From: a virus
Lineage: Duplodnaviria > Caudoviricetes
Direction: 5' to 3' (one strand)
DNA: 64,000 nucleotides
Virus record (IMG/VR): IMGVR_UViG_2917802685_000001
Location: 32,001 to 96,000 of that record
The position numbers and the translations under genes are program-made. Below the pieces are notes generated by a model, which searched no databases, had not been told where the DNA came from, and saw only the letters and a program-made list of their open reading frames with translations. Of this stretch, positions 9,615 to 19,594 are shown piece after piece. Within the stretch, counting starts at the first letter, position 1, and the number at the start of each line of letters is the position of its first letter.

Positions 9615-12600
9615 GTGCTGCGCCTCATCACCTCATACGCCCATGAGCGCTTCCCCGGCGGGACGCACCGTGTCGGCGGCCTGAACATCCACCTTCCCGC
9701 CCTCGTCGAGCACGAAGACGACGGCACCCGCTGGCTGCTCGTTCCCGCTGTCCCGCCCATCATCGTCACACCGCAGACATGGCGCCGCGCGCTGAACGGC
9801 GGCGCGGCCGGAGTCATGGAGGCGTTGCAGGACGGCGTCACTGCCGTCCCGGCGCACATGATCGAAGAGCAGGACATCGACGGCGGCAGGCTGTGCCTCG
9901 CCTACAGCCGTAACGCCATCTTCGGCGACAACGAGGGCATCCCCACCTACCACGAGGTCCTCGACCAGCTCGAAGCCAAGCAGGACCCGCCCAGGGCGGG
10001 CTCCGGGTTCGTGCACCTGCACACCCACAGCGAGTACAGCCCCCTCGACGGCCTGTCCCGCATGGACGAGATCGTCCGCGAGGTCACCTCCCACGGCCAG
10101 GACGCCGTCGCCATCACCGACCACGGCACCTGTGCCGGGCACCCCGAGCTGCAGCGCGCAGCCGACAAGGCCGGGGTCAAGCCGATCTTCGGCATCGAGG
10201 CCAACCTGTGCGACGACCGGCACCTCCGCCGGGTCGAGGACGAAGACGTCCCCGAGGACAGTCCCATGCGGAAGGTCTTCGACGACAAGGGCAACCCCGT
10301 CCCCTTCCGGCGCCAGATCCTGAACAACTACTGGCACCTGTGCCTGTTCGCCATGGACAACACCGGCCTGCGCAACATCTGGGCCGCCTCCACCGAGTCC
10401 TACCGCGACGGCTTCTACGGCCGCCCCCGCATGGACTGGGACACCCTCTCCCGCTTCAACGAGGGCGTCATCGCCTCCACCGGCTGCCTGCGCGGCCCCG
10501 TGGCCGTCGCGCTCAAGAACGGCGACGTCGAGCTGGCCGCTGCCCGCCTCACCCGCCTCATGGACCTCTTCCCGGGCCGCCTGTACGTCGAGCTGCAGCC
10601 CAACGACATGCCCGACCAGGTCCGCCTCAACCAGATCCTCGTGGAGTTCGCCCGCCAGTTCCGCCTGCCACTGCTGGCCACCGTCGACTCCCACTTCCCG
10701 ACGAAGGGCGACGCGCACTCCCACGACGTCTGGATCGCCTGCCAGACCAACAAGGACGTCCAGGACGAAGGCGACCTGTTCGCCGAGGACCTGAACCTCT
10801 ACGTCATGGGAGAGGCCGAGGTTCGCGCCGGACTCGCCTACCTCGGCGAGGACGTCGTCGAGGAGGCCATCGCCAACACCACGGCGCTGGCCGAGCGTTG
10901 CAACGCCCGCATCGAGGGTGAGACCGCGATGCCGTCCTTCACCGGCGATCCGGCCGAGGACGAGCGGCGCCTGCGCGAACTCTGCCAGAACAATTGGGAT
11001 CGCCTGCCCATGAACCAGACCGGGTTCAAGGTGCCGACCTCGCTGCAACAGGAGTATCTCGACCGCTTCCGCCGCGAGATGGATCTGCTCGTCACGAAGG
11101 GCTTCTGCGGCTACTACCTGATGGTCGCGGATTACGTCGGCTGGGCCAAGGACCACGGCATCCTCGTCGGCCCCGGGCGCGGCTCCGGCGGTGGCTCCCT
11201 CGTCGCCTACCTCGCCCGCATCACCAGCCTCGACCCGGTCAAGCATGACCTCCTCTTCGAGCGCTTCCTGACCATGGGCCGTGCCGGGTTGCCGGACTTC
11301 GACGTCGACTTCCCCGCCTCGAAGAAGGCCGAGATCCTCGGCTACCTCCGCGAGCGCTGGGGCGAGCGCAACGTCGTCTCCATCGGCTCCGAACTGCGCC
11401 TGAAGAACAAGGCCGTCATCAACGAGCTGGTCCGCGCGCTGGCCTCCTCCCTGCCGGAGAACGCCGCCGCCGACCTGCGCCAGGTCTCCGCCCTGATCGA
11501 CGAGGCCGAAGCGGGCACCGCCGGACTCGGCATGTCCTGGGAGGACCTCTGGATCCAGCACGGCGAGCAGCTCCAGCCGTTCGCCGACCGCTACCCCGAG
11601 CTGTTCGCCATGGCAGAGCGCCTGGTCGGCCGCCTGAAGTCCTACGGCCGCCACGCGGCCGGTGTGGTTATCTCCACCGGCGCCCCGCTCACCGACTGGC
11701 TGCCGATGCGCACCATCGACGGCGAAGAGCAGATGGTGACGCAGTGGGCCATGAACGACGTCGAGGCGATCGGCCTGGTCAAGTTCGACATCTTGACCTT
11801 GAGGACCTTGGACACCATCCAGGAGACCCTCGACCTGGTCCGCGAGCAGCGCCGGTACGAGATCGACCTGGAGGCGTGGGAGGTCGAGTTCGAGGATCCC
11901 CTGGTCTGGGACGAGCTGCAGGCCGCCCACACCCTCGGCGTCTTCCAGATCGAGACCCACTCCGGCACCCGCCTGTGCGAGCGCATGCGGCCCAAGAACG
12001 TCGCCGAACTTGCCGACATGGTCACCATCGTCCGGCCCGGCCCGATGAACTCCGGCCTGACCGACCTCTACTTGCGCCGCCGCGCGGGCGAGCAGGCCGT
12101 CTCCTACCCCGACCCCCGCCTGGAGCAGGTCCTGGCGCCCACCTACGGCGCGATGATCTACCAGGAGCAGGTCATGGCCGTCACCCAGCTCCTCGCCGGG
12201 TACGACGAATCCGAGGCCGACGGCGTCCGCCGCATCCTCGGCAAGAAGAAGGTCAGCGCCATCGCCGACGCCGGGCAGGAGTTCCTCTCCCGCGTCGACA
12301 TGCCCCGCGAGCAGGCCGAGCGCCTGTGGTCCCAGATGGCCGAGTTCAGCAAATACGGCTTCAACAAGTCCCACGCCTACGCGTACGCGTTCCTCGCGTT
12401 CTGGACCGCGTTCCTCAAGGTCAACTACCCCCGCGAGTTCCTCGTCGCCGCCATGTCCACCGTCGACAAGGACCGCGTCCCGGAGTTCGTGAAGGAGGCC
12501 CGGCGCCTGGACGTCGAGGTCCTCCCGCCGGACATCAACACCTCCGGTCCCGGCTTCACCGCCGACCCCGAGCTGTACGCCGTCCGCTACGGCCTCGGCT

Positions 12601-13385
12601 CCGTCAAGGGCGTCGGCGACGTCGCCGTCAAGGCCCTCGTCGAGACCCAGCCGTACGCCTCCTGGGACGACTTCGAGGAGCGCCGGAGCCCCAAGGCCAA
12701 CGCTGGAGTCGTCGCCCTCCTCGCACGCATCGGCGCCTTCGACACCCTCGTCCCCAACCGGCGCGGCCTGGAGGCCAAGCTGCTCGCCGTCAAGACCGGC
12801 GAGGACGCCCGCTGCTTCTACAAGGACGACGGCCTGCGGACCAGCCTGGAGCTGCTGCACCCGGACGCCCCGGAGGTCTGCGGGTTCGACTGGCACGCGG
12901 AGCCCGCCCGGGTCAACCAGCGCACCGGCAAGATCCTCAAGCGGAAGGCCCCGGCGAAGCGCTGCACGAAGGCGTGCCGCCAGTACGTACCCCGGCAGCC
13001 GCTGCAGATCGAGTCGGTCGAGCCCTACAGCCCGGTGGACATCCGCACCATCGAGCACGAGATGCTCGGCACCTACCTCTCCAGCACGCCGTTCGACGAT
13101 CTCGACCCGGGCGACCGCGCCGTCTGCCGGGCTCAGGCTGAGCAGCTGGCCGCCGGACCCAACGGCACGTACTACGTCGCCGCGATCGTCGCCGGAGCCC
13201 GCCCCCACAAGACGGGCGACATGGGCTTTTTGACCCTTGAGACCGAACTGTCCACCCTTCGCGTCGCAGTGTTCCGTGACGCCTGGGCCGTCGAGCAGCG
13301 CCGCTTCGTCAAGGGCGCCCTCTGCCTGGCCGAACTCCGCAAGAACGACCGGGGCTTGTCCCTCGTCGCCTACCAGCCCCTGTGA
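9615..13385 (+). CDS. dnaE: DNA polymerase III alpha subunit
   Basis: FVHLHTHSEYSPLDG, GPGRGSGGGSLVAY, PDFDVDF, HAAGVVI, KFDIL, YGFNKSHA, C-terminal OB fold. Confidence 0.97.
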   Translation: MLRLITSYAHERFPGGTHRVGGLNIHLPALVEHEDDGTRWLLVPAVPPIIVTPQTWRRALNGGAAGVMEALQDGVTAVPAHMIEEQDIDGGRLCLAYSRNAIFGDNEGIPTYHEVLDQLEAKQDPPRAGSGFVHLHTHSEYSPLDGLSRMDEIVREVTSHGQDAVAITDHGTCAGHPELQRAADKAGVKPIFGIEANLCDDRHLRRVEDEDVPEDSPMRKVFDDKGNPVPFRRQILNNYWHLCLFAMDNTGLRNIWAASTESYRDGFYGRPRMDWDTLSRFNEGVIASTGCLRGPVAVALKNGDVELAAARLTRLMDLFPGRLYVELQPNDMPDQVRLNQILVEFARQFRLPLLATVDSHFPTKGDAHSHDVWIACQTNKDVQDEGDLFAEDLNLYVMGEAEVRAGLAYLGEDVVEEAIANTTALAERCNARIEGETAMPSFTGDPAEDERRLRELCQNNWDRLPMNQTGFKVPTSLQQEYLDRFRREMDLLVTKGFCGYYLMVADYVGWAKDHGILVGPGRGSGGGSLVAYLARITSLDPVKHDLLFERFLTMGRAGLPDFDVDFPASKKAEILGYLRERWGERNVVSIGSELRLKNKAVINELVRALASSLPENAAADLRQVSALIDEAEAGTAGLGMSWEDLWIQHGEQLQPFADRYPELFAMAERLVGRLKSYGRHAAGVVISTGAPLTDWLPMRTIDGEEQMVTQWAMNDVEAIGLVKFDILTLRTLDTIQETLDLVREQRRYEIDLEAWEVEFEDPLVWDELQAAHTLGVFQIETHSGTRLCERMRPKNVAELADMVTIVRPGPMNSGLTDLYLRRRAGEQAVSYPDPRLEQVLAPTYGAMIYQEQVMAVTQLLAGYDESEADGVRRILGKKKVSAIADAGQEFLSRVDMPREQAERLWSQMAEFSKYGFNKSHAYAYAFLAFWTAFLKVNYPREFLVAAMSTVDKDRVPEFVKEARRLDVEVLPPDINTSGPGFTADPELYAVRYGLGSVKGVGDVAVKALVETQPYASWDDFEERRSPKANAGVVALLARIGAFDTLVPNRRGLEAKLLAVKTGEDARCFYKDDGLRTSLELLHPDAPEVCGFDWHAEPARVNQRTGKILKRKAPAKRCTKACRQYVPRQPLQIESVEPYSPVDIRTIEHEMLGTYLSSTPFDDLDPGDRAVCRAQAEQLAAGPNGTYYVAAIVAGARPHKTGDMGFLTLETELSTLRVAVFRDAWAVEQRRFVKGALCLAELRKNDRGLSLVAYQPL

Positions 13386-13393
13386 GGCCCGCC

Positions 13394-13861
13394 ATGACCC
13401 GCACGATCGAGAACACCACCACCGAGGCCCAACACGACTGGCCCGAGAGCGTCTACATCCAGGGCGGCGAACACGGCGTCGTGTTCGGCGCGGCGGACGG
13501 CCCCTACCAGACAGCCTTCTTCGAGGCCTTCCCCGGCGGCACCTTCCTGCGCGGCGAGGGCAAGACCCTCGCCGAGGCCGAGGAGAAGTGCTGGAAGCAG
13601 TACCAGGTCTTCACCGCCTGCGACGGCACCGGCGAGCCCCACGGGCCTTTCGAGCGTCGCCAGTACACCAATGGCGCCGGATTCTGTACCCGCTGCGGCA
13701 TCTGGATGAGCCAGGTCTTCGACCCCATCCCGGACGACCCGAACCGCGAGCGTCGCCTCATCGAGCGGGTCTTCGTCGACAGAGACCCCGAGGCGATCGA
13801 GGAAGTCCTCACCACCGTGGCGGACGCCGCCAGCCTGCCCCACGCCCCCAGCGGCGACTGA
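13394..13861 (+). CDS. Hypothetical protein with CxxC
   Basis: GAGG RBS, FCTRCG. Confidence 0.7.
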   Translation: MTRTIENTTTEAQHDWPESVYIQGGEHGVVFGAADGPYQTAFFEAFPGGTFLRGEGKTLAEAEEKCWKQYQVFTACDGTGEPHGPFERRQYTNGAGFCTRCGIWMSQVFDPIPDDPNRERRLIERVFVDRDPEAIEEVLTTVADAASLPHAPSGD

Positions 13862-13877
13862 CCCCAGGAGTACCGCC

Positions 13878-14516
13878 ATGTCGATCATCTCCTCCATCAA
13901 CCACCCCTACTGGTCCCCCCTCGGCGCAGCCGCCAAGGCGACCCGCAACGGCCTGCAGATCTCCCAGGCTGCCGTCGCTCAGCACACCGGCCTCACCGTC
14001 CGTCAGTACGCGGCCCTGGAGAGCGGCTTTATCCCGCCCGATGTCGCCGACGGCCTCGGCCGCATGAGCCTCTCCCGCCTCGACGAAGCCCTCGGCTGGG
14101 ACGACGGCACCGCCCGGACCCACGTCGAGAAGGCCATGACGGCCGCCATGTTCCCGACCACCGTCGCCAGCACCTTGCCGGTCGACGGCGAGACGCTCAC
14201 CAACCTCGACCGCTCCACCTACCCGCAGGCCGCCTGGCGCCGTCTCGGCAAGGCCATCCAGGCCTCCCGCATGTCCTTCAACATGAGCCGGGGGGCTCTG
14301 GGCTACGGCGTCCAGTCCACCAGCAAGAGCATCCTGCGCATCGAAGAGGGCCGCGTGTACGGCGATCCGCGCACCGCGCCTCCTGGCGACTACCAGTCCG
14401 AGAGGTACGTCCTCAAGCGCCTGGCGCTGCTGGAGATGGCCCTGGAGTGGGAGATGGGCCAGGCCGCCCAAATCCTCGAAGGCCAGAATCGGGCCTCTGT
14501 CAGTCCTGCGGCGTAA
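13878..14516 (+). CDS. Tandem XRE-type HTH protein
   Basis: RNGLQISQAAVAQHTGLT..YAALESG and SRMSFNMSRGALG....ILRIEEG. Confidence 0.75.
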   Translation: MSIISSINHPYWSPLGAAAKATRNGLQISQAAVAQHTGLTVRQYAALESGFIPPDVADGLGRMSLSRLDEALGWDDGTARTHVEKAMTAAMFPTTVASTLPVDGETLTNLDRSTYPQAAWRRLGKAIQASRMSFNMSRGALGYGVQSTSKSILRIEEGRVYGDPRTAPPGDYQSERYVLKRLALLEMALEWEMGQAAQILEGQNRASVSPAA

Positions 14517-14519
14517 GCT
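14497..14519 (+). promoter_or_regulatory. RecA-NDp (PafBC-type) promoter upstream of recA
   Basis: cTGTCAGTc-N8-TAAGCT fits tTGTCRgtg-N8-TAnnnT. Confidence 0.65.
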
Positions 14520-14591
14520 GCGAAATCGAGCCAACCGCCATTGGCCACAGCTGACCGCCATCAGCTACTCCCTGCAAGGAGACCCCGCACC

Positions 14592-15719
14592 ATGCCTCCC
14601 AAGAGCCGTCTCGCCAAGCTGCGCGCGGACCTGACCAAGGTCTACGGCGACCGCGTCACCCGGCGCGACGCGATGGTCCGACCCACCTTCATATCCAGCG
14701 GCAGCCTCACCCTCGACTACGCCCTCGGTGGCGGCTTCGCCCTGAAGCGCACCCACGAGATCGTCGGTCCCGAGGGCATGGGCAAGACGACGCAGTGCAT
14801 CCTCGCCATGGTCGACGCCCAGCGGATGTTCCCCGACCGGGGTGTCGCGATCATCGACATGGAGCAGTCCTTCGACTTCGAGTGGGCCGAGAAGCTCGGC
14901 CTCGATCTCGATGAAGACCGGTTCGTCCACATCTACCCGGACCACTCCGAGGACGTTTCCGACCAGATCAGCATGTTCCTCCGAGATGGAGAAATCTCCC
15001 TCGTCGTCGTCGACTCCGTCGGCGGCATGGAGTCCAAGGCCGCCTTCGAAAAGCGCGCCGAGGACTCCGCCATGGGCAAGAACTCCCAGGTCATCTCCCG
15101 CATGGTCAAGCGCGTCGCGGGCCTGTGCCGCGCGAACAACGCGGCCGTGATCTTCGTGAACCAGTACCGGGCCGACATCGGCAACCCGCGCGGCGGCCAG
15201 AAGTCCGCCGGACCGAGCGCCCTGAAGTACAACACCACCACGAAGATCAAGATGAGCCGCACCGGTGAGCCGACGAAGAAGGTGTCCATCACCGACGCCG
15301 TCTCCAAGGCCCCGGCCGAGCTGGAAGTCGCCCGCCAGATCCGCGCCAGGGTCGAGCGCAACAAGCTCGCCGCGCAGGGCAGGGTCGCCGACTTCTGGTT
15401 CCGCAACGTCGCCACCGACAAGTACGGACCCGTCGGCATCGACCGCGCCGACGAGGCCATCACCCTCGGCATCGCCACCGGCGCCATCAAGCGCCTGTCC
15501 ACCGTGTCGTACGAGTTCCCCGACGGCAGCACCGTCAAGGGCGGACGTCCCGGCGTCGAGGCCGCCATCGCCGAGCGCCCCGAACTGGTCGAGGTGATCC
15601 GAGAGAGGGCCCTGGCCTCCATCTCCGGCGACGTCAAGGCCGACCACGAGGTCACCTACGACGACGTCCCCGACGGCGTCGACACCACCACCGGCGAGAT
15701 CCTGGAGGACGCCGCATGA
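14592..15719 (+). CDS. recA: RecA recombinase
   Basis: SSGSLTLDYALGGG, GPEGMGKTT, IDME, VVVDSV, IFVNQ, RNK. Confidence 0.95.
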   Translation: MPPKSRLAKLRADLTKVYGDRVTRRDAMVRPTFISSGSLTLDYALGGGFALKRTHEIVGPEGMGKTTQCILAMVDAQRMFPDRGVAIIDMEQSFDFEWAEKLGLDLDEDRFVHIYPDHSEDVSDQISMFLRDGEISLVVVDSVGGMESKAAFEKRAEDSAMGKNSQVISRMVKRVAGLCRANNAAVIFVNQYRADIGNPRGGQKSAGPSALKYNTTTKIKMSRTGEPTKKVSITDAVSKAPAELEVARQIRARVERNKLAAQGRVADFWFRNVATDKYGPVGIDRADEAITLGIATGAIKRLSTVSYEFPDGSTVKGGRPGVEAAIAERPELVEVIRERALASISGDVKADHEVTYDDVPDGVDTTTGEILEDAA

Positions 15720-16162
15720 ACCGCCTGAAGCGCGCATGGGCCATCGCTGGAGAGCCCTGGTTCTTCTACATCGTCATGAGCTTGTGCGCCCTCGTCATCG
15801 CCTACGCCTGGTACGTGGTCGGACAGCAGGTCGACCTCAACCAGATCGGCCAGGACATCCACTACAAGCTCGGCGTCATGGCCGCCCTGACCGCCGTGGT
15901 CCTGGGCGCCTTCCTGGGCGTCACCGCCAGCCACCTCGTCCGCCGGTACGGCCCGACCAAGACCCTGCCCGTCGACCCGGACTTCCCGCCGACCCTGCCC
16001 GTCGATCCCGACTTCCCGCCGACCAAGATGGTCTACCTGCAGGGCGAAGGAGCGCCGGAGCGCTGCGCCTGCCACGACCAGGTCATCGAGGACGGCACCG
16101 AGATCTGGCACTGGCCCCAGCCCGCCAAGCTCGTCTGCGTCAAGAAGGGCGACGCCAAGTGA
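15716..16162 (+). CDS. Two-TM membrane protein with TLPVDPDFPP duplication
   Basis: Two hydrophobic segments; internal 30-bp tandem repeat. Confidence 0.75.
   Translation: MNRLKRAWAIAGEPWFFYIVMSLCALVIAYAWYVVGQQVDLNQIGQDIHYKLGVMAALTAVVLGAFLGVTASHLVRRYGPTKTLPVDPDFPPTLPVDPDFPPTKMVYLQGEGAPERCACHDQVIEDGTEIWHWPQPAKLVCVKKGDAK
15961..16024 (+). repeat. 30-bp tandem duplication (2 copies)
   Basis: gaccctgcccgtcga(c/t)cc(g/c)gacttcccgcc twice. Confidence 0.9.
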
Positions 16163-16344
16163 CCTGGCATGTCTGCGACCGCCTCCCCCCGCCGGGAGCT
16201 TGCATGACCGTCGTCACCCGCTGCGCCGGATGCGGAGTCTTCTGGAAGCGCGTCTACCGCACCGGTGAGGGATTCCGCTGGAAGCCGGTCAACGGCTTCT
16301 CGTCCTGGCGTCTGCGCCGCCGGTTTGCGGGGGTCAAGCCGTGA
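16159..16344 (+). CDS. Small Cys/Trp protein
   Basis: GTGA overlaps at both ends; HVC..RCAGCG. Confidence 0.6.
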   Translation: MTWHVCDRLPPPGACMTVVTRCAGCGVFWKRVYRTGEGFRWKPVNGFSSWRLRRRFAGVKP

Positions 16345-16799
16345 CCCTCGACAAGGGCCTCAACAAGCGCATGGGTGACGCGCACGAGCAGCGGCTGGCC
16401 GAGGTGCTGGGTATGCGCCAGACCCGGGGGAGCGGCAACCAGTGGCGTGACCAGATGGACGCCAAGCACGACCGCACGGCATGCACCTTCGCCTTCGCAG
16501 TCGACGGCAAGTCCACCCTGGCCAAGTCCATCAGCATCACCCGCGCCATGTGGGAGAAGGCCGGAGAGCAAGCCAGCGGCGAACTCCCCATGCTCGCACT
16601 CCGCTTCTACAACAACGCCTCCCTGGAAGTCCACGCCGACCTGGCCGTCTGCGACCTCCTGGACTTCGCCGAGATGCGCGAGGCCGCCGAGAACTGGCAC
16701 AAGGCCAAGCCCATCCTGCAGGCCCTCGTCGAACGCCACCCGCGCTGCATCCCGGTCCTCGTGGGCCTCGCGCAGCAACTCATCAACGCTGATCAGTGA
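16341..16799 (+). CDS. PD-(D/E)XK Holliday-junction-resolvase-like nuclease
   Basis: GDAHEQRLA..GSGN...D...AVDGKST. Confidence 0.7.
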   Translation: MTLDKGLNKRMGDAHEQRLAEVLGMRQTRGSGNQWRDQMDAKHDRTACTFAFAVDGKSTLAKSISITRAMWEKAGEQASGELPMLALRFYNNASLEVHADLAVCDLLDFAEMREAAENWHKAKPILQALVERHPRCIPVLVGLAQQLINADQ

Positions 16800-16813
16800 A
16801 GTGAGACCTCATC

Positions 16814-17224
16814 ATGCACGGTGACCTGAACGACTACTGGAACTACATCCTCTCCGGCATCGACGTCGTCGGCCTGGTCGCCCTGCGCGCCGTCGGCAAG
16901 AAGGACGCGAAGGGCTGGCTGTGGGCGATGTTCACTCAGGCCGTCTGGATGGTGTACTCCGTCTCCACTCTCCAGTGGGGCTTCCTCGCCGTCGCGGCCG
17001 TCAAGTTCGGCGTCTACACCTGGAACTGGATCTCCTGGATCCGCAGCGATAAGGCCGAGGCCAAGCCCAAGACGCGTGAAGAGCTGGCCCTGGAGCTGGC
17101 CCGCGAGCGACTGCCGAAGGGCACCGACGAACTCACGATCCTGCGGGCCGCATCCATGCTGAGCAAGGCGCTCAAGGTAGTGGAGCTGTACCCGGAGCAG
17201 ACGAAGGTGAGACCGACGACGTGA
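16814..17224 (+). CDS. Small membrane protein (PnuC-like)
   Basis: Three TM helices with KK...GW.....Q..W..Y pattern. Confidence 0.6.
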   Translation: MHGDLNDYWNYILSGIDVVGLVALRAVGKKDAKGWLWAMFTQAVWMVYSVSTLQWGFLAVAAVKFGVYTWNWISWIRSDKAEAKPKTREELALELARERLPKGTDELTILRAASMLSKALKVVELYPEQTKVRPTT

Positions 17225-18060
17225 CCTTCACCCCCTCCTTCCGCCGGGTCGGCTCCATCGGCAGCGACCTGGTGCTCATCCCGCTCGTCGAGAACGCCGT
17301 CCAGCAGTGCGCCTTCCCCACGGACTTCGTGGTGCGCCTGGGCTCGTACGCCGCCAAGCGCGAGCCGGACGGCTGGTTCCACCCCTCGACCCACCCGACC
17401 ATGGACGAGCGGCAGCTGTACTACTACCTCGCCCAGCCGGACAAGTGGGACGAGCCGGAGTTCGAGTACGGACCCCGGATGTCGGTCCTCATGGGCACCG
17501 TCATGCACGACGTCATGCAGACCGTCATGACCAAGCTCGGCCTGCTCGTCGCCCCGAGGGGCACCTGCGTGTGCTGCGGCAAGCCCCACGGCAAGGGCCG
17601 GGGCAAGTGCGACGAGTGGGGCGTGCGAGACGACCTCCTCGGCCGACGCGGCCACATGGACGGCCTCCTCAACATCCCCGGCTGGTGCGAGCCCGGCGAC
17701 GGCATCTTCGACCTGAAGACCTGCGCCCCACCCGTCATCCGTGGCATCGACAACAACGACCTCGACGCCTTCAAGATCAAGTGGCCCAAGTACTTCGGCC
17801 AGGCCCAGGAGTACATGGCCTGCACCGGCAAGCAGAAGGCGCTCATCCTCTTCCTCGCCATGAGCGAGGGCTGGGTGATGCGCGAGTTCACCATCCCCCG
17901 CGACGACCTGTACATCGCCCGCCTGGAAGCGAAGTACCGCGCCGTCCGCGCCCACGTAGACGCCGGGACCCCGCCTCCCATCGCCTGCTGCCCCGGTGGC
18001 GCCAAGGCCCGCAAGTGCCCCGCCACCCGTTGCACCGTCAAGACCGGGCTCGCCGCCTGA
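17221..18060 (+). CDS. Cas4/RecB-like PD-(D/E)XK exonuclease
   Basis: FHPS, GTVMH, GHMDG, DLKT, QAQEY, C-terminal Cys cluster. Confidence 0.8.
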   Translation: MTFTPSFRRVGSIGSDLVLIPLVENAVQQCAFPTDFVVRLGSYAAKREPDGWFHPSTHPTMDERQLYYYLAQPDKWDEPEFEYGPRMSVLMGTVMHDVMQTVMTKLGLLVAPRGTCVCCGKPHGKGRGKCDEWGVRDDLLGRRGHMDGLLNIPGWCEPGDGIFDLKTCAPPVIRGIDNNDLDAFKIKWPKYFGQAQEYMACTGKQKALILFLAMSEGWVMREFTIPRDDLYIARLEAKYRAVRAHVDAGTPPPIACCPGGAKARKCPATRCTVKTGLAA

Positions 18061-18093
18061 GCCTCCCACCTCTGACCGCCATCGGAGACCCCT

Positions 18094-18738
18094 GTGAAGA
18101 ACCAGCTCGCCATACCCGCCGTCGAGCGCATTGCCCGCCGCAACGCCTTCCGACCGCCGTCCTTCGAGGACTTCGCCGTCACCACGGTGCAGGCCTTCGA
18201 CCAGTCCCTGAACAACACCGGCGTGGTCATCCTGCGCTCGTACGGCACCGGCATCACCCTCCTGGCCACCGGCATGATCCGCCCCTCCGCCGGGGCCACC
18301 GACCAGGTGAGCTGGGAGGGCAACTACGCCCGCGCCGAGGACATCTACGAGGGCGTCGCCTACCACCGCAAGGGCTACGCCTCCATGGTGGAGAACGTCG
18401 TCTACGAGCGCCCCCCGGTCCACGGCAAGCGGACCGAGTCCATCATCCTGGCCGGACGCGAGGTCCACCGCGCCACCGGCGGCAAGGCCGTCATGGTCGA
18501 CAACCGGCACGCGAAGAAGCTCGTCGTCGGCCGGGCCGGGTCCAGTCAGAACCCCGTCACCAAGGCCCACGTCAAGGAAGCTGTCGAGGCGTACATCACC
18601 CCGCCCGAGGCCAGCGGCAAGCTCATGCCCTGGAACGAGCACGTCCGCGACGCCTGCATGCTCGCCCTCGCATGGCTCCTCGACGAGAAGCAGCGCCAGG
18701 CCCAGGAGGCCGTCGTAGAGCTGGAGGCCGCCGCGTGA
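18094..18738 (+). CDS. RuvC-like resolvase
   Basis: AFDQSLNNTGVV, VYE, K..V....K..V, HVRDA. Confidence 0.8.
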   Translation: MKNQLAIPAVERIARRNAFRPPSFEDFAVTTVQAFDQSLNNTGVVILRSYGTGITLLATGMIRPSAGATDQVSWEGNYARAEDIYEGVAYHRKGYASMVENVVYERPPVHGKRTESIILAGREVHRATGGKAVMVDNRHAKKLVVGRAGSSQNPVTKAHVKEAVEAYITPPEASGKLMPWNEHVRDACMLALAWLLDEKQRQAQEAVVELEAAA

Positions 18739-18899
18739 ACTCCGAGATGACAGGCGAGGGAGTCTGGCGCCCGGCCGTTCCGCTGCCCTTCTACAGCGGG
18801 CTGCTGAAGAAGCGCTGCCCCTTCTGCTGGAAGCCCTTCTGGACCGCGAAGCGCTACCGGAAGCACTGCCGCCGTCAGCACGTGGGAGGAGCCGAATGA
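18735..18899 (+). CDS. Small C2H2 zinc-finger protein
   Basis: CPFCWKPFWTAKRYRKHCRRQH; GGAGG RBS, overlapping stop/start. Confidence 0.65.
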   Translation: MNSEMTGEGVWRPAVPLPFYSGLLKKRCPFCWKPFWTAKRYRKHCRRQHVGGAE

Positions 18900-19594
18900 G
18901 CGACCTCACCGACATGATCGACAACGATCAAGCGGCCAGGCAGGCCACCCGGGTCGTCGGCGAACTCGCCCGCGAGGCCGACCAGCCGCTCAGTGTCGAC
19001 ATCGACCCCGACCGCACCCGTGAGACGGCCACGGCCGGGTTCTCCCGGATGCGCACCGAGTGGCGACCTGGGGAGGCTGCCGAGGTCGCAGGCGTTATGC
19101 AGCAGGCCCAGGGCATCATCCACCGGGCCTTCCCTGGCGTCTACCTGATCATGAACGAGCTGTGGATGACCGTACGAGAACCGGTCGTGGACGAGGCCTC
19201 CGGCGAGATCCAGACCGACATCTTCGGCTGGCCGCTCTGGAAGAAGCTCCCCTCCGGCGCCTACATCGAGGACTACTCCCGCCTCACCGACCGGGAGAAG
19301 GACGACTTCCTGCTGCGCATCACCACCGGCCTGCTGGAGTGGCACCAGCAAGCGGCCAACCTGTGGGGTGAGTCCATGCTGGCCAAGGGGCGCTGGGAGG
19401 AGGCCATGGGTGTCGGCTTCATCTCGCCGACCGGCCGGGTCACCGTCGAGGAGCGCACGCAGCGCGGTCGGGTGTACGCCGCCGAGGACCGCTACCACGC
19501 GATCTTCCGCTCGGCCGTCAACCGCTCAGCCGAGGCCCTCGTCAGAAGTATGGAGCTGATCGGGCAGCGGCTCAAGGACTCCCTGACGGCCTGA
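18896..19594 (+). CDS. Hypothetical protein
   Basis: GGAGGAG RBS, codon bias. Confidence 0.8.
   Translation: MSDLTDMIDNDQAARQATRVVGELAREADQPLSVDIDPDRTRETATAGFSRMRTEWRPGEAAEVAGVMQQAQGIIHRAFPGVYLIMNELWMTVREPVVDEASGEIQTDIFGWPLWKKLPSGAYIEDYSRLTDREKDDFLLRITTGLLEWHQQAANLWGESMLAKGRWEEAMGVGFISPTGRVTVEERTQRGRVYAAEDRYHAIFRSAVNRSAEALVRSMELIGQRLKDSLTA

Noticed and set aside
9633-13208. 1191-aa minus-strand ORF and similar long antisense ORFs (23862-25901, 29729-31909, 51038-53116, 61314-63863)
   Set aside because: Antisense shadows of high-GC3 genes; no motifs or RBS
17221-18060. CRISPR-Cas system from the Cas4-like gene
   Set aside because: Solo nuclease in a recombination operon; no cas1/cas2 or array
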